Origin: Azolla caroliniana
Taxonomy: Eukaryota > Plantae > Polypodiophyta
Length of the DNA stretch: 64,000 nucleotides
NCBI GenBank assembly: GCA_043228905.1
Contig: JBHGNT010000017.1
Span: 1,054,001 to 1,118,000, forward strand
Direction of reading: 5' to 3'
The stretch's first letter is position 1. Each line of letters opens with the position of its first letter. Position numbers and translations under genes: made by a program. Positions 13,203 to 25,194 of this stretch are shown piece by piece. The notes under the pieces are model-generated. The model searched no databases and was not told the origin of the DNA. It saw only the letters and a program-made list of their open reading frames with translations.

Positions 13203-14552
13203 ATGGAGAACCTCCACCATACCACCACTGTTTCTTCGCTTCTAAATACTGGCAACAGATCTGAACAACAGCAGGACAAGACGCCGACGATTAGTAAAGA
13301 CGAAAACAAAGAAGACACTTCTCCTCCTCCTCCTCCTCCTTCTTCGGCTACTGTGACAATCCCTGCCAACACTGATTCATCATTGCCTTCTGACCCGCCA
13401 GTTCCTTCCGATTCGATAGTACCCGTGCTCACAGAAAGGAATAATGTGATGAAGAATGGCGTTAACGCGAACAGGATGGTGTCTCCAGTACTTCTCAAGC
13501 TTCGTCGCAAACAAGAGAGGTCCAGTGCTATCTCTTCAAATCCTGTGAATCCCGTCCTCATTGTCCCTCCCAAGAAGGTCTCAGGTTTTCCTGCTGCAGA
13601 AAGGTATACATTTCATCATCATCATCATTTTCTTCTTAGCTGTGGAGAGATTAACTTAACGGCCTTATGACGTTTAACCACCCGAGACACAGGCTTCCAT
13701 ATGAAATATAAAAACCCTATAGACAATGTACTTAATGGGATTTTTGCCTTGTCACGCAAGAAGTGTGTATGAATTATTTCCTCACATGATGGAATAACAT
13801 TAACATTGAAGGGTTTATATTTACGTTAATAATCCAAATGGATCAATGGTTTAACATTGTAAATTCATACTGAAATGCATAATCTTAACTATTCCATTGC
13901 TAACGTTTCAATCCCAACATTTGTTAATGCCACGTTTCATATGTCTGTAAAGAATTTGACGTGAAATGTTATGTTTCATTTTGAATTCCAACCTTATTAC
14001 TTAGGCTATTAGGAGTAGCACAATTCTCTTAAAAACTCCATCTGAAAATGGAGCTGAGATATACTATTGGATGATTGACAGGTATATGAGTCCAACAGAT
14101 TCTCTAATGTCCCCTATTTCCAGAGGGTTGCTGGCTCGGTCTCGAAGAGCCATGAGGCCATCCCCAGCATATGTTCCTCCCAAGGTATATACAAGTAAAG
14201 TAATGAACTAATTTTCCATGTTGTGAAAACTCTGTATTGTTATAATATGGTATGGTAATTGATTGAGTCTGTAAACTAAACCGTAGTATTCATATTTAAA
14301 CACAAAAAGCATTTTGGGAAAAAACATAAGCCAAGGGGATTATGTGTGGAAATAATTAACCTTAATCATCAGTCATAACTTAGGGGTTTTCAATACATCA
14401 TTTGTTTCCTGTGGAAATAATGAAAAACAACTGATGGATGGTGTTAAGAAATCTGCACGTATCCTCAGCCATTTCATTCATTTGTGGCTATGCAGATTTT
14501 GGACAATACATTCCAGGAAGCAGAAAGAGAGATCAACGATTCCAAATGTTGA
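13203..14552 (+). CDS. Small disordered protein with a Spo12-like SPTDSLMSPISRGLLAR motif, 3 exons: 13203-13603, 14082-14184, 14496-14552
   Basis: CT-rich 5' leader and ATG at 13203. GT-AG joins are in phase and give ...FPAAER|YMSPTDSLMSPISRGLLARSRRAMRPSPAYVPPK|ILDNTFQEAEREINDSKC*. Confidence 0.8.
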
Positions 14553-15020
14553 GAGTACTTATTTGCCTTGATGTTCCCTGTGTACAATGAATGGATTTGC
14601 TTCTTCTAAACAAATGGTTTATTTCCCCCATAGCTAGCCATCTGCAACCAAAAGAATCAATCCTTCATTCACATGATAATGATTTCTTTCATTTATTAAT
14701 CATAACTTAGCAGATTCACACGTTTGCTGTAGCAATAGATGATTTCTTGTATCATTTGTTGAGAGATGAAAAAGAGTTCCAAAAAGTTTGATGGATGTAT
14801 TACCAGAGATTTTCTTTCATTATCAATCAATGGGTTTATGATGGATAATCAGCTAATTTATGGTCCATTGGTAGTGTCTAGCAATCAAAATGTGCATTGT
14901 TTTTTTACCTTGAAGCTATGGTGAATTGAGCATTTGTCGAAACAATTATAATGTTTTTTGTTTACAAGGAACGAAAGGAAATTATTTAACCACACAACTA
15001 TATACCCAAATACATGTCTA

Positions 15021-15190
15021 TGTGTATCCATAATTTGTTTACCAATAAAGTTTCTTAAAATGTTTTTGCTTTTGGTTTTGTTTATATTATTACTACATGC
15101 CTAGATGTGTATCCATAATTTGTTTCCCAATAAAGTTTCTTAAAACGTGTTTGCTTTTGGTTTCATTTATATTATTACTACAAGTCTACA
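15021..15190. repeat. Imperfect tandem duplication, about 85-bp unit x2
   Basis: tgtgtatccataatttgttt(a/c)ccaataaagtttcttaaaa...tttatattattactaca occurs twice. Confidence 0.85.
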
Positions 15191-15298
15191 TGTATATGTG
15201 AATGTAGTAATAATGTAAACAAAGCATAAAAAGTGCCTCCCCACTGATGAAGCATCATTCCTTTCCTTTCCTTTGATTTGATTTGATTTGATGCAGAG

Positions 15299-15635
15299 AA
15301 TGTCTATGAAAATGCATCATTCCAGCCTTTTGATTCGTCTGCGAAAATGATTATGAAAAAACACTATTTTGGTAAGGTAAAAAATGAATCCTAAGGAAAC
15401 TAACAATGTCTATGAAAATGCATCATTCATAATATATATTCCCCTGATAGCCTTTTATGTAATTTGTCTGCGAAAATGAGTATGGAAAATGAATCCTAAC
15501 GAAAGCAACAATGTCTATGAAAATGCATCATTCATAATATTCCCCTGATAGCCTTTTATGTAATTTGTCTACGAAAATGAATATGAAAAAAACACTATTT
15601 TTGGAAGGTAAAAAATGAATCCTAACGAAACTAAC
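15299..15635. repeat. Imperfect tandem repeat, about 105-125-bp unit x3
   Basis: Each unit starts aatgtctatgaaaatgcatcattc and ends aaaatgaatcctaa(g/c)gaaa..aac. Confidence 0.85.
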
Positions 15636-17996
15636 TCTGGACGTTCTATGTGGTCATGAATTGTGCACGATGATTGTGATTAGTTAATGTTACTTGGGAT
15701 GGATTTGACATATAGGCATTTGACAAAGAGCATGCAAAGTGTTATCTTGAATACAACAAGAATTACAATCCAGCTCATCGAAAGTGATATCTAAAGTATT
15801 TTAAATGGTTGTGCCGTTAATCATGCATGACACACACAACACACATGGCAATTGAGATGGCAATTCAATTGGGACAAAGTCTTCCTATCCTAATCAAGCT
15901 TGTCTGTTGCTAGTAGTGCAAGGAAAGACATCTGGTTGTTGACATATATACATTTTTTTATAAGCATGTGAATGTAGCGATGGAATGCCACATAATGTTA
16001 TCACATTGACATCCCTAGTTTTGGCTTAATCAAGTTTGCACCGGGTAAGATTTTTTATATGTGAGCCAATGGAATTTATTCACGATGTATATGCAATGTG
16101 GCCTATGGAAAGGATATTACTAAAGCCTTTCATTTTTTGGGTGCATTGTTGGGATGGGCATTTCTTATGTATCAATAATTGGCAAAGTTATTTAAAGCTC
16201 ATTTAAAGAATGTACAATGATTTGTTTTTTATGATAGTTTTTGCAAGCAAGCTTTGATAACATTCATGTATCTATATGTCTTGTGCAAAGAAATATCATC
16301 TTGAAGCTATGATTGCTTCTTATCCAAGAAGGAATCAATATTGCATGACAATTTATTGATATTGGGAAGACATTTTTATGGGAGCAGTTTTGATGATCTT
16401 GCAAAAATTATCAAGCACGCAAGATAAAAGAAATTTATTGTCAACCACACTTTATGTCAACATGAATCATATGGAAAGGTATAGTAAAGCGTCTAGGTAT
16501 ATAGACTGGGATAACTCTAGGCATCTTATTGCTTTAGCAATCTTTGCATGACCACGAGATTAATAAAAGAATACATCGATGTCTTGGGAGGGTTGTTGAA
16601 ATGAAAATACAAATGACTTATGCTGGTCTGGTCTTGTTTTCAGCCTTTTTTGTTTAGCCCCTTGGAGCAAAATTTCCGGAATTTTGTGATTGCATCAAAG
16701 CCTGGATGATGGATGACAACCATCAAACAAACCTTTAGGAAGACAATGATACTTGTATTAGTGGAAAAATGGCATAGATGTTGCATCTAGTCACAATTGG
16801 CAATCATCGACCATCAAATGTCATGTGCATGATGCATTAAAGGTTTGATGTGTTTTTACATTGATTACCTACTTTCTTATTGATATTCATGTCTTAAAAT
16901 AAAGCATGCATGTCTCACGTCATACTAGAAATCTATTCGTTTACCCTGCAACAAGAACCAAGCTCGAGACCCATTACACATGTTTTGCAAGGTTTCTTGG
17001 TAGGTCAGTTAAGCAGAATGTCACAATATCTAATGATTGCTTGCACAGACTACCATCTCTCAAATATCTACAATTGTTGAAATTTAGGGTGTACGAGCTA
17101 TGTTCAAGTCATCTCATCACATATGTTGATTTTTAGTAACACATGTCCCACATCAACTATACCTATACATAGTTATGAGCTTTAACATTTGTCAGGCATT
17201 TGTGGTTCACGGACATTAGAGAAACTAGTGAGTATGAGAGAACACATGTTCTATAATTGTAAATGCTGAGAAACTTGATATCATCATTGAACTTGTCTTC
17301 TTGCATATATTACAAGGTTGATCATTGCATATGCTAAGAAAGTCGATATCATCATATATATTATGTTCTTTCTCCCTTGCGCCTGAATGTGTATGTTTGG
17401 CCTTAAAGACCTTAATATATCTTTCTTTCTTTCTCGTTGGGAGGGAAAGATACTCAATACAACTCACGAGTACTGACAAAACAATATTTAAACCCTTAGT
17501 GGCATACATTGACCAATCTAATAACAAGTAGATTGATAAATAAGTAGATAGAGCATGCGAGTATTAAGCCACACAATGTTTGAGCTAGCATAGCAAACCA
17601 AATCTTTTGATCAATCTGATAGCAAATAGATAAACAAACAAACAAACAAACAACACGTAGAAGAATCGAGTTATCGGGCAACGCACAATGTCCACGACTT
17701 TAAGAACACAATGCCAATCAATTGGAGTCTTGTAACAAAGTGTCGGTTGGAGTATTGTGTATGGCGACCAATTCGATAACATGCATGCCCGACCGAATTG
17801 ACATACCTCAAAAGAAGATCTATGCGTGCTTGCGTGTGTGTATAGACATGCATGTACGGGTGTGTATAGAGTATGTATATATGTACGTGTGTGTATACAG
17901 TATGTATATGTATATATATGTACGTGTGTGTATGTATGTATGTATATGTATGTATGTAGTATTCTCAGTTCTGTGTGGCGATACATTGAGGCACAA

Positions 17997-18042
<46 letters not shown>

Positions 18043-19060
18043 AGTGACCGTCAGAGATGACGGCGCCGATGACGGAAAAGAGAAAGGACAGAGAAGAAAG
18101 ACAGATATGAGAGAGAGAGAGAGAGAGACAGAGAGAGAGAAAGGGAAGGGAGGGAGAAGGGAAGAGAAGAGAGAAGTGTGATATGAGAGAGAGACAGAGA
18201 CAGAGACAGAGAGAAATAGAGATTTTCGTCTTTCATTTCCACCGAGAATACCCTGCCTGCGTGTTTCGTTTCCTTCATCAAAATTTAGGTTTATAATTTA
18301 GTGTTGTCTTCCCCATTCTCGGAAAACCTATAGTAGAGAGACAGAGAGCAAGCGAGAGCTTTTGATCCTTCATTCAGCTGCAGACAATCCTCTGTTTTTC
18401 TTTTCTTTTCTTTTCTTTTCCTTAACCAAAATTAGGGTTTTGTCTTTCCTTTTCATAAACCATAATTTGCAGAAGAATACAGGAAAAAGATATTTATTTA
18501 GATCAATGTAGACAGAGATGGTTCATCCCTCTAGCATTACATCTGAATGTCTCCATTACAACAGGTACAATTCTTTGGAACCCAAATAGCCATGGCGGGG
18601 ATTCTTTCTTTCTTCATAAGTGTTTCTGAAAATTAAAAGAACGCAGAGAAAGCTCTATTGCCGTTGATCTTATTTTCAAAGGAAGTTTTTCCTTCAAAAA
18701 TCATTATTTGTCTAGGGCTTTCGTTTTCTGAACAACGAAAACAGTGTAGAGAAATATCCACTACTACAAATCCTTTTGTTTTGAACGAGAATCTGTGGGA
18801 GAAATCCGCATTTTGTTCACAGAAGTTCTGTGTAGGGTTTCGTGAACTGTAAAGAAAGCGCGGAGATTACTTCATCTTTCTGTTTTGGCCTCCATATATA
18901 TATTCGCTCTCAGGATTTGTCAGAATAGAAAGATTCATCTATTGCTTTTTTCCATATATGTATATCAGGATTCGCAAGAGAAGAAAGATCGTTTTGTTTT
19001 GGCCATATACATATGTTCTCAGTGTTGGCCAAATTTCCCTCAAATCGTTGAGAGTAAAAG

Positions 19061-22000
19061 ATGGAGGATGATGCTGTCTGTCTTGATGTGCTTGCAAAGG
19101 CTCCGATGCCTCTGTATAAGTCATCCTTAACTAATGGCGATTCATCAGTTAATTCTGAAAATTTTAATTCAACAGCTCTGAGTGATAAAAGTAATGATAA
19201 TAATCATGATCTTGATGAGACTAGATGTTGTTCATCCACTCAGAAAGTAAAGCAATTAATCATTGATGCGAATGGAAGTAATTGGCATCAAAGCCCTATC
19301 TTCGCTGTACAAGATAAAGAACAAAAGCCTATGGAAAACCTTCCTATACTTGATTTCGACCTCCTTTGTGCTACAATAGCAATGCAAAGAGAGCCAGTTT
19401 CATCGCTCGACATTCAAAGAGATCCATGTGAAGTTGGAGTGCAACGAATGTGGGAAGGTGGAGTGCTTGATTGCTTGGATAACAAAGAAATTGCATTACG
19501 AACTTTCTGGTTTGTATTGTTTGTTGTTCTTGAACTTTTTATCTCATATTGTACAGAGTTTAATACTATGTAGTAGTAGCAATTCAGCCCTAGTTAAATG
19601 GATAATGGCAGCTGCCCAAGCATCACCTATGGGAAAAATCTTCAAAAGGCAGGTTTCGGGAGCTGTGTGATCAAGGTCAGATCCCATTCGTGTCTCTCTA
19701 TTGCTCCACACAGACATGTATGGGAAAAACTCTAGAATACCCAGTTTCTTTTTGTTTCCCAAAATGTTCCCAAGTGTTCCGTATTTATTGAAATGCTTTT
19801 GACCAACTCCCTCAAGAAGTATTTGAGCAATTACATAGACACTTATCCCCATTTGTCACAATTGTACCTGCAATTTTAGCAATTATATTATCCACTTTTT
19901 CTTTCTTTCGGATGTTGAACAAGGGCATTTATTAAATTGATAGAAACTCAGAGACGTTTGAGAAGAAAAGGAAAGACCAGGGCTATTTCAGAGTTTTTCC
20001 CTATATATATAGCACACCTATATATCTATAAGACATCTTTGAATGGACTGTTAATTGTTTTCTGTAGGGAGGCATTCATTTTCTCCTACTTTTTGGTGCT
20101 TTTATCAGCTACGTTCTTTTCTTGTGTGCTTATGGTCATTGGAACCTTTACCTGGCTATTACACTCTTAATTTGTGTAGCAGCATATGCTAGCTACTATC
20201 GTATTCAAATTCGGAGAAGGTTTAATATAAAGGTATTCTAATTTAACACATGCCTTGAAATTGCGAATAAGTTTCAGTTCATCTGTAGGATGAACATCAT
20301 ATATCTTTTATTCTTGTTTCAGGGAAGCGAGTCCGATGGACTTAGTTCCTTCGATGACAGTCTTAACCATTTTGTTTGCGGTTGCTGTACACTATGTCAG
20401 GTCTGTCAATCTCTCTATCTCTGTCTCTTGCTGTCTCATGTCAGACATTCTCTCCTGTTTTTGCCTTAAAGAATCTATAAAAATAATGATAGATCATGTC
20501 GCTCATGTTTAATGTTATATTAAGCAACAAGAGCATTGTTGTAGAATACTTAGCATACATTACGTGTAGAATACTTATGTTAAGTATTCTACAAGTATTC
20601 TAACGTTTTTTTAAAATACTTAGAATACTTATTTTACAGATAAAATATGTTAAATACTTAGAATATGTGTAGAATACTTGTAAAATATGTTAAATACTTC
20701 TTAAAATGTAAAGTCTTTTTTTCAAAAAAAAAAAAATTAAACTTTTTTGAAATGATAAATACTTAAATGTGTAGAATACATAGAATATGTAGAATACATG
20801 AAAATTTGAAAAAACGGCAGTTCTAAAACGTATTCTAAACGTAGAATACACATTTTTTACAACTATGATTTACAAAAGACAATTCAGCGTATTAAGCATT
20901 AAGGGATTTTTTATTCCTTTTTGTAAGAACACGAAATCCAAGAAACTGCTCATGGAGATGATTCAAGGGACACTATCATTCTTAGTATGATAGTTAATGT
21001 AGCTCAGAGCTTGGAACAAAGGAGCATTGTCTGTAATTTACTTCATGTGTGAAAAAAGGATAAAACCAAAAATAGTAACACCAAATGTTTGGGGAAAGTA
21101 ATGCAAAGAACAAAAGATTTTTCTATCCTAAGTCTATTATAGCTTTTGGTTGATGATACTACAGTAGTAATAATAAGGGAACACTACTATATAACTTAGA
21201 AGTACTTCACCATATTAAAGTCCAAACTTAGCTTCATCAATTGACAATGGATCTCAAGTTTTATGACCTTAAAAATGCCAAAACTTGTAATTACCCCGTT
21301 TCAATTATGATCACAGTTAAGCATATGTTTTTTCTTTTAATGCCAAAAGCAATAATAACCCCCCCTGCATGTGTGGTCATAAATAACCACACCTATTTCT
21401 TTAATAGAATCCGTATGGTTAAGTACCCTGCCGTAAGTAGTGTGACCTATGAAGGTATCGGCACTGGTATGAAAACCAACCATGGGACAAAGAACTTTAG
21501 ACCTAATGGCAACCTCAATGCGAAAGAGCTATGAAAGTCACTTTTGTGCCTTCTTTAGCGTTTTCTTGATTCTTAAGTTTTCTTCCCCCTTTATATTCTA
21601 AGCTAGAGCTTTGCTGCCTCGCCTCTCATACTTGTGAAGTGAATAATTAGTGTTAAGTACTATTTAGCAAAACCCCCTTGTATTTGGTGTGTGTGCTCCC
21701 ATTAATAGGAGTGTGGCTAGTTCTATTGCTGTTAGTCTCTTTACTTGTCTATGTATCTAACGCTTAAGCCTATCAAGACACTAGTGAGATTAGTGCTTTC
21801 GTGAGAGTTGAGTGTGAGCTTGCGAGATTAGGGTAAGCAAAGGTAGTGGCTCGAGAATGATTGATAACTACTTTTGCCCGACAATCCAGACCCTTCAGCC
21901 TACCATATCAGTGTGGAGACAAAACTCTGCCGGTACAGAGACATGCGCTTGGTGAGTACAGCTCGAGCCAACTCATGGATACCTGCTTTGACACATATAC

Positions 22001-23603
22001 AATGATGCAATCATCCAAATATAGTGCTTGGGAAAACCTAACTTAAGAACCTTACCTGAATTTAGTTTAGCAGACTCATTTTAAATGCATATATCTCAAA
22101 AATATACTGGACCCTAATGGCAGGTTCCTCCAGATGCTATTAATGATTAGATATTATATTCTATGTCAAGCAGTGCAATGATTATATGCACATCCTGCGG
22201 AGACTCCTTGAGAATTTTGATTTTAATGCTTCCGTGAAGACAGAAAAGTGTATGTTTCATCATAATATGGTAATGTTTCTATGGAAATCCGACTATATAA
22301 TGGTGAAACTAGGTTATTTTACTCAGATACGTGTCTTGTTTGGAGATTTGTGAACCTGGAGTCTTTCGTTGCTTAATCTAGTGAAGGTCCATTAACCCTT
22401 TTGAGGGTCTGCCAAGCAATAATAAAGCATCCATACCCAGAAGAAGGGATTGAATCAACATAATATTATCGTAGGATCTCTAGCCTCTATTCATTGATTG
22501 AGACCAAACTAATATTTAGACTCAAGTACGCATCAGAGTACTGCTTAATTAACGCATTGTCTAGAATCCAAGCAAATGCTTCTATGTCATCAGTGATAAT
22601 TTCCACATGCTACTATTTTGTCTGAATGAGATCTTATGTAGCTAGCCTCTATTCGTTGATTGAGATCAAGTTAGTATCTAGATTCAAAACAATAACACCA
22701 GAATTCTTGTCAAACAAGTTTCAGATCCTGATCCTAGCATTGACATTTGATTGCACTCACTGTCTTGTGAAGAATCCAAATCTTAAGCGTCAGAATACTG
22801 CTAAGTTAAATCATTGCCTAGAATCCAAGTAAATGCTTCTATGTCATCAGTGATCATTTCCAAGCTTGTAAGGGGGCACTATTTAAGGAACAATTGTTTG
22901 ATCACTTCATTAGCAACATATTTCAACTTCTGCATAACTCAAATGCAAGCATGCTTTCTAGATATATTTGGCAAAAATAGGGGAATGTATTAATGCACGA
23001 CAAAAGATTGTCTTCATAGAAGATTAACTTGTCTCCTTGCATTGGCAAGGGAGTCATAATAGTAACTATGTTTACGTTCATACTTTTGCTGAATTTTCTT
23101 GTTTGAATTAGTTATGGCTTCATGATATATATACACAGACATGGGTACATCCTTTTTATCATATTTTAGAAATACTTTTACGTTTGTCTCTCCAAATGAA
23201 CCACAAATAAAATTTAGCTAGGTGAAGTGAGATTCCCTTCTGGTTCAAGAACATGCACATGCTTATCACCGCACTTTCTGTGAAGTTTGGAGTTAGGTTG
23301 TGATTAGATTATTATATTAATATAGGACTTACTGTTTCTTCCTTCTTCTTTTTGTTTTACTCACAATGGCAGGAAGCCAGAACTTTGGAGATTAATAATG
23401 TTCAAGATGGGAACTGGCATGGTAGAGGAGATACCATTTGGGTGGGTGGTTATGCTATGGCCAAAACTTCTGAGAATCCAGAGTCAACTATTTTAAAACA
23501 ACCTGTGGTTGTCACCATGGAAACTGAAAAGAACTTGGAATGTGATGACCATTCTTCCGATGAATATCAAGAATCTTGTGCTCCATTAATTCATCATCAA
23601 TAG
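19061..23603 (+). CDS. PLAC8-family (Cys-rich, PCR/CNR-like) membrane protein, 5 coding exons: 19061-19509, 19612-19675, 20068-20232, 20323-20400, 23373-23603
   Basis: Spliced translation gives LDFDLLCATIAMQ...RMWEGGVLDCLD...FCCPSITYGKNLQKAGFGSC, two hydrophobic helices, YRIQIRRRFNIKG...HFVCGCCTLCQEARTLEINNVQDGNWHGRGD. All joins are GT-AG and in phase. Confidence 0.9.
20534..20867. mobile_element. Putative non-autonomous hAT-like MITE in PLAC8 intron 4
   Basis: Imperfect terminal inverted ends (CATTGTTGTA...TACAACTATG) enclose many TAGAATAC/GTATTCTA motifs in both orientations. No clean TSD seen. Confidence 0.5.
22481..22862. repeat. Diverged direct duplication in PLAC8 intron 4 (second copy has an insertion)
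   Basis: tagcctctattc..tgattgaga and ctagaatccaag.aaatgcttctatgtcatcagtgat.atttcca each occur twice. Confidence 0.75.
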
Positions 23604-25194
23604 GATTCAAATGGGTTCATTTTGGGTGTTCAACTCATCTAAACCTATTTTGCAAATGATGCCCGTTTTGGGCATATAACTCATCTAAACCTTTGTTTAT
23701 CTGACTCTAATACTTGTCTCGGTTCTTCAACGTGTGAAATCAAATATATATGCACATACAGGAGATTTATAAGGTTTGATTTTTTAAAGCTCTGATGAGA
23801 GCTACTTGTGCTTTAAAGGGTGTGGGAGGATGCATTTACAATGTGGGGCCTAGTAATGATAAGAGCCCAAACTGGAGACTACATGCTGTAGTATGCATGG
23901 TCTCTTATCATTATTAACTAGTGCACCATTTATAATGACTTCAGATCATTTTATTAAGAATGTGCTAGGAGAATGTTGTCTTTCAAAAATTTCCGTATTT
24001 TTTATGAACTTAAAATTTTGCAACTACAGCTACAGCATTTGATCTTCTGAGCACTAAATTACATTTATGGGAAATTCCAAACCTCTATCAAACAATGATT
24101 CATAGCTGGTGCATGATGGTCGTGAAAATGTTGTTTCATCATTTCTTTTTGCAAAAAAATTCTGTATTTTTACTGTTGGTAACTAAACTTAAATGATTTT
24201 CATTGATTTTCCCTGTAAGGGAGAGACTCATAACATTGGTTAATTTTGGATTTTCTCATGGGTTGTAGGTTGTGATGACATACATACTTAGAACACAGGT
24301 CAACTTTGGATTTTCTCACAGTTAAGGTTCTTAGACAAGGCAACGATCAGAAAGACGTTCAACTTCCAGGGGAGATAAAAGCAATTCCCTTTATTTCCCA
24401 CTATGATAAAAACAATCTTCAAATGGGGAGATGAATGCATTTTATTTCCCAGTTTAGTTTACCATGAAATCACTTTACACATTCCAAATAGCAATAGAAA
24501 GCCAGTTGGTTTCAAGGGGAGATCAGAGTCATTTTCTTCACTTTCCATGCACAACCTATACCTCATTATAAGCTTTACTCAGTACAGAAAATAGGTCAGA
24601 AAATATGTGAACTTACTTAGTATAATAATCATAACCATATGGCACGTCTCTCAAAGAATTAGAATTAGAAGACTCACACTATACACAATATTCACTTTGA
24701 AAAGCCAAAATCCAGATGCAAACAAATGTGACGTAAAACAAAACATAAGCTTGTGCCTGTTTGTAAACCTCAACTTTGAAATTTGTTCAGGAATACCTAA
24801 CAATTTCGGTGGAGGAGAAGTGAATCACTTACAACACCTGAAGGACATATATACAAAGGTCCATATACACTGATGTGTTATAGTCGGGTTAGAGCCTTGG
24901 TTTTAGAGGTGCCAACATCCTCTGTATCAGTACATGTTAGAAGAAATACCTTCCAAATTTGGTCCAAGTTTTTAACAGGTTTCTGGTTCCCACAGTTATC
25001 TTCTTCTTCCCTTGCAATTTGCAGAAATTATTCTATCCAGATAATTACACAATAAGAGGGGCTCTTCAGAAAGCATCGTTACGGTCAAAATTTCAAACTG
25101 ACAAAAATCTTGCCCATTTCAGGCCAAGGACCTTGGAATTTTCTTCAGAAAATGATGTGGCATCAGCATATCAGAATTTCACGCCTTCTGCCGA

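Noticed and set aside
15299-15635. Repeat array as CRISPR-like
   Set aside because: Eukaryotic context; the inter-repeat sequence is itself homologous rather than unique spacers; no cas genes.
15640-16850. Possible very decayed PPR or TE coding remnant
   Set aside because: Only faint motif echoes with many stops; not supportable without an HMM search.
17192-17354. C-box ATGATGA ... CTGA on the minus strand as a C/D snoRNA
   Set aside because: No terminal stem and no recognisable rRNA antisense element.
21400-22050. LTR-like composition in PLAC8 intron 4 (also 38850-39400 and 63680-64000)
   Set aside because: No paired copy, clear TG...CA termini or TSD could be confirmed.
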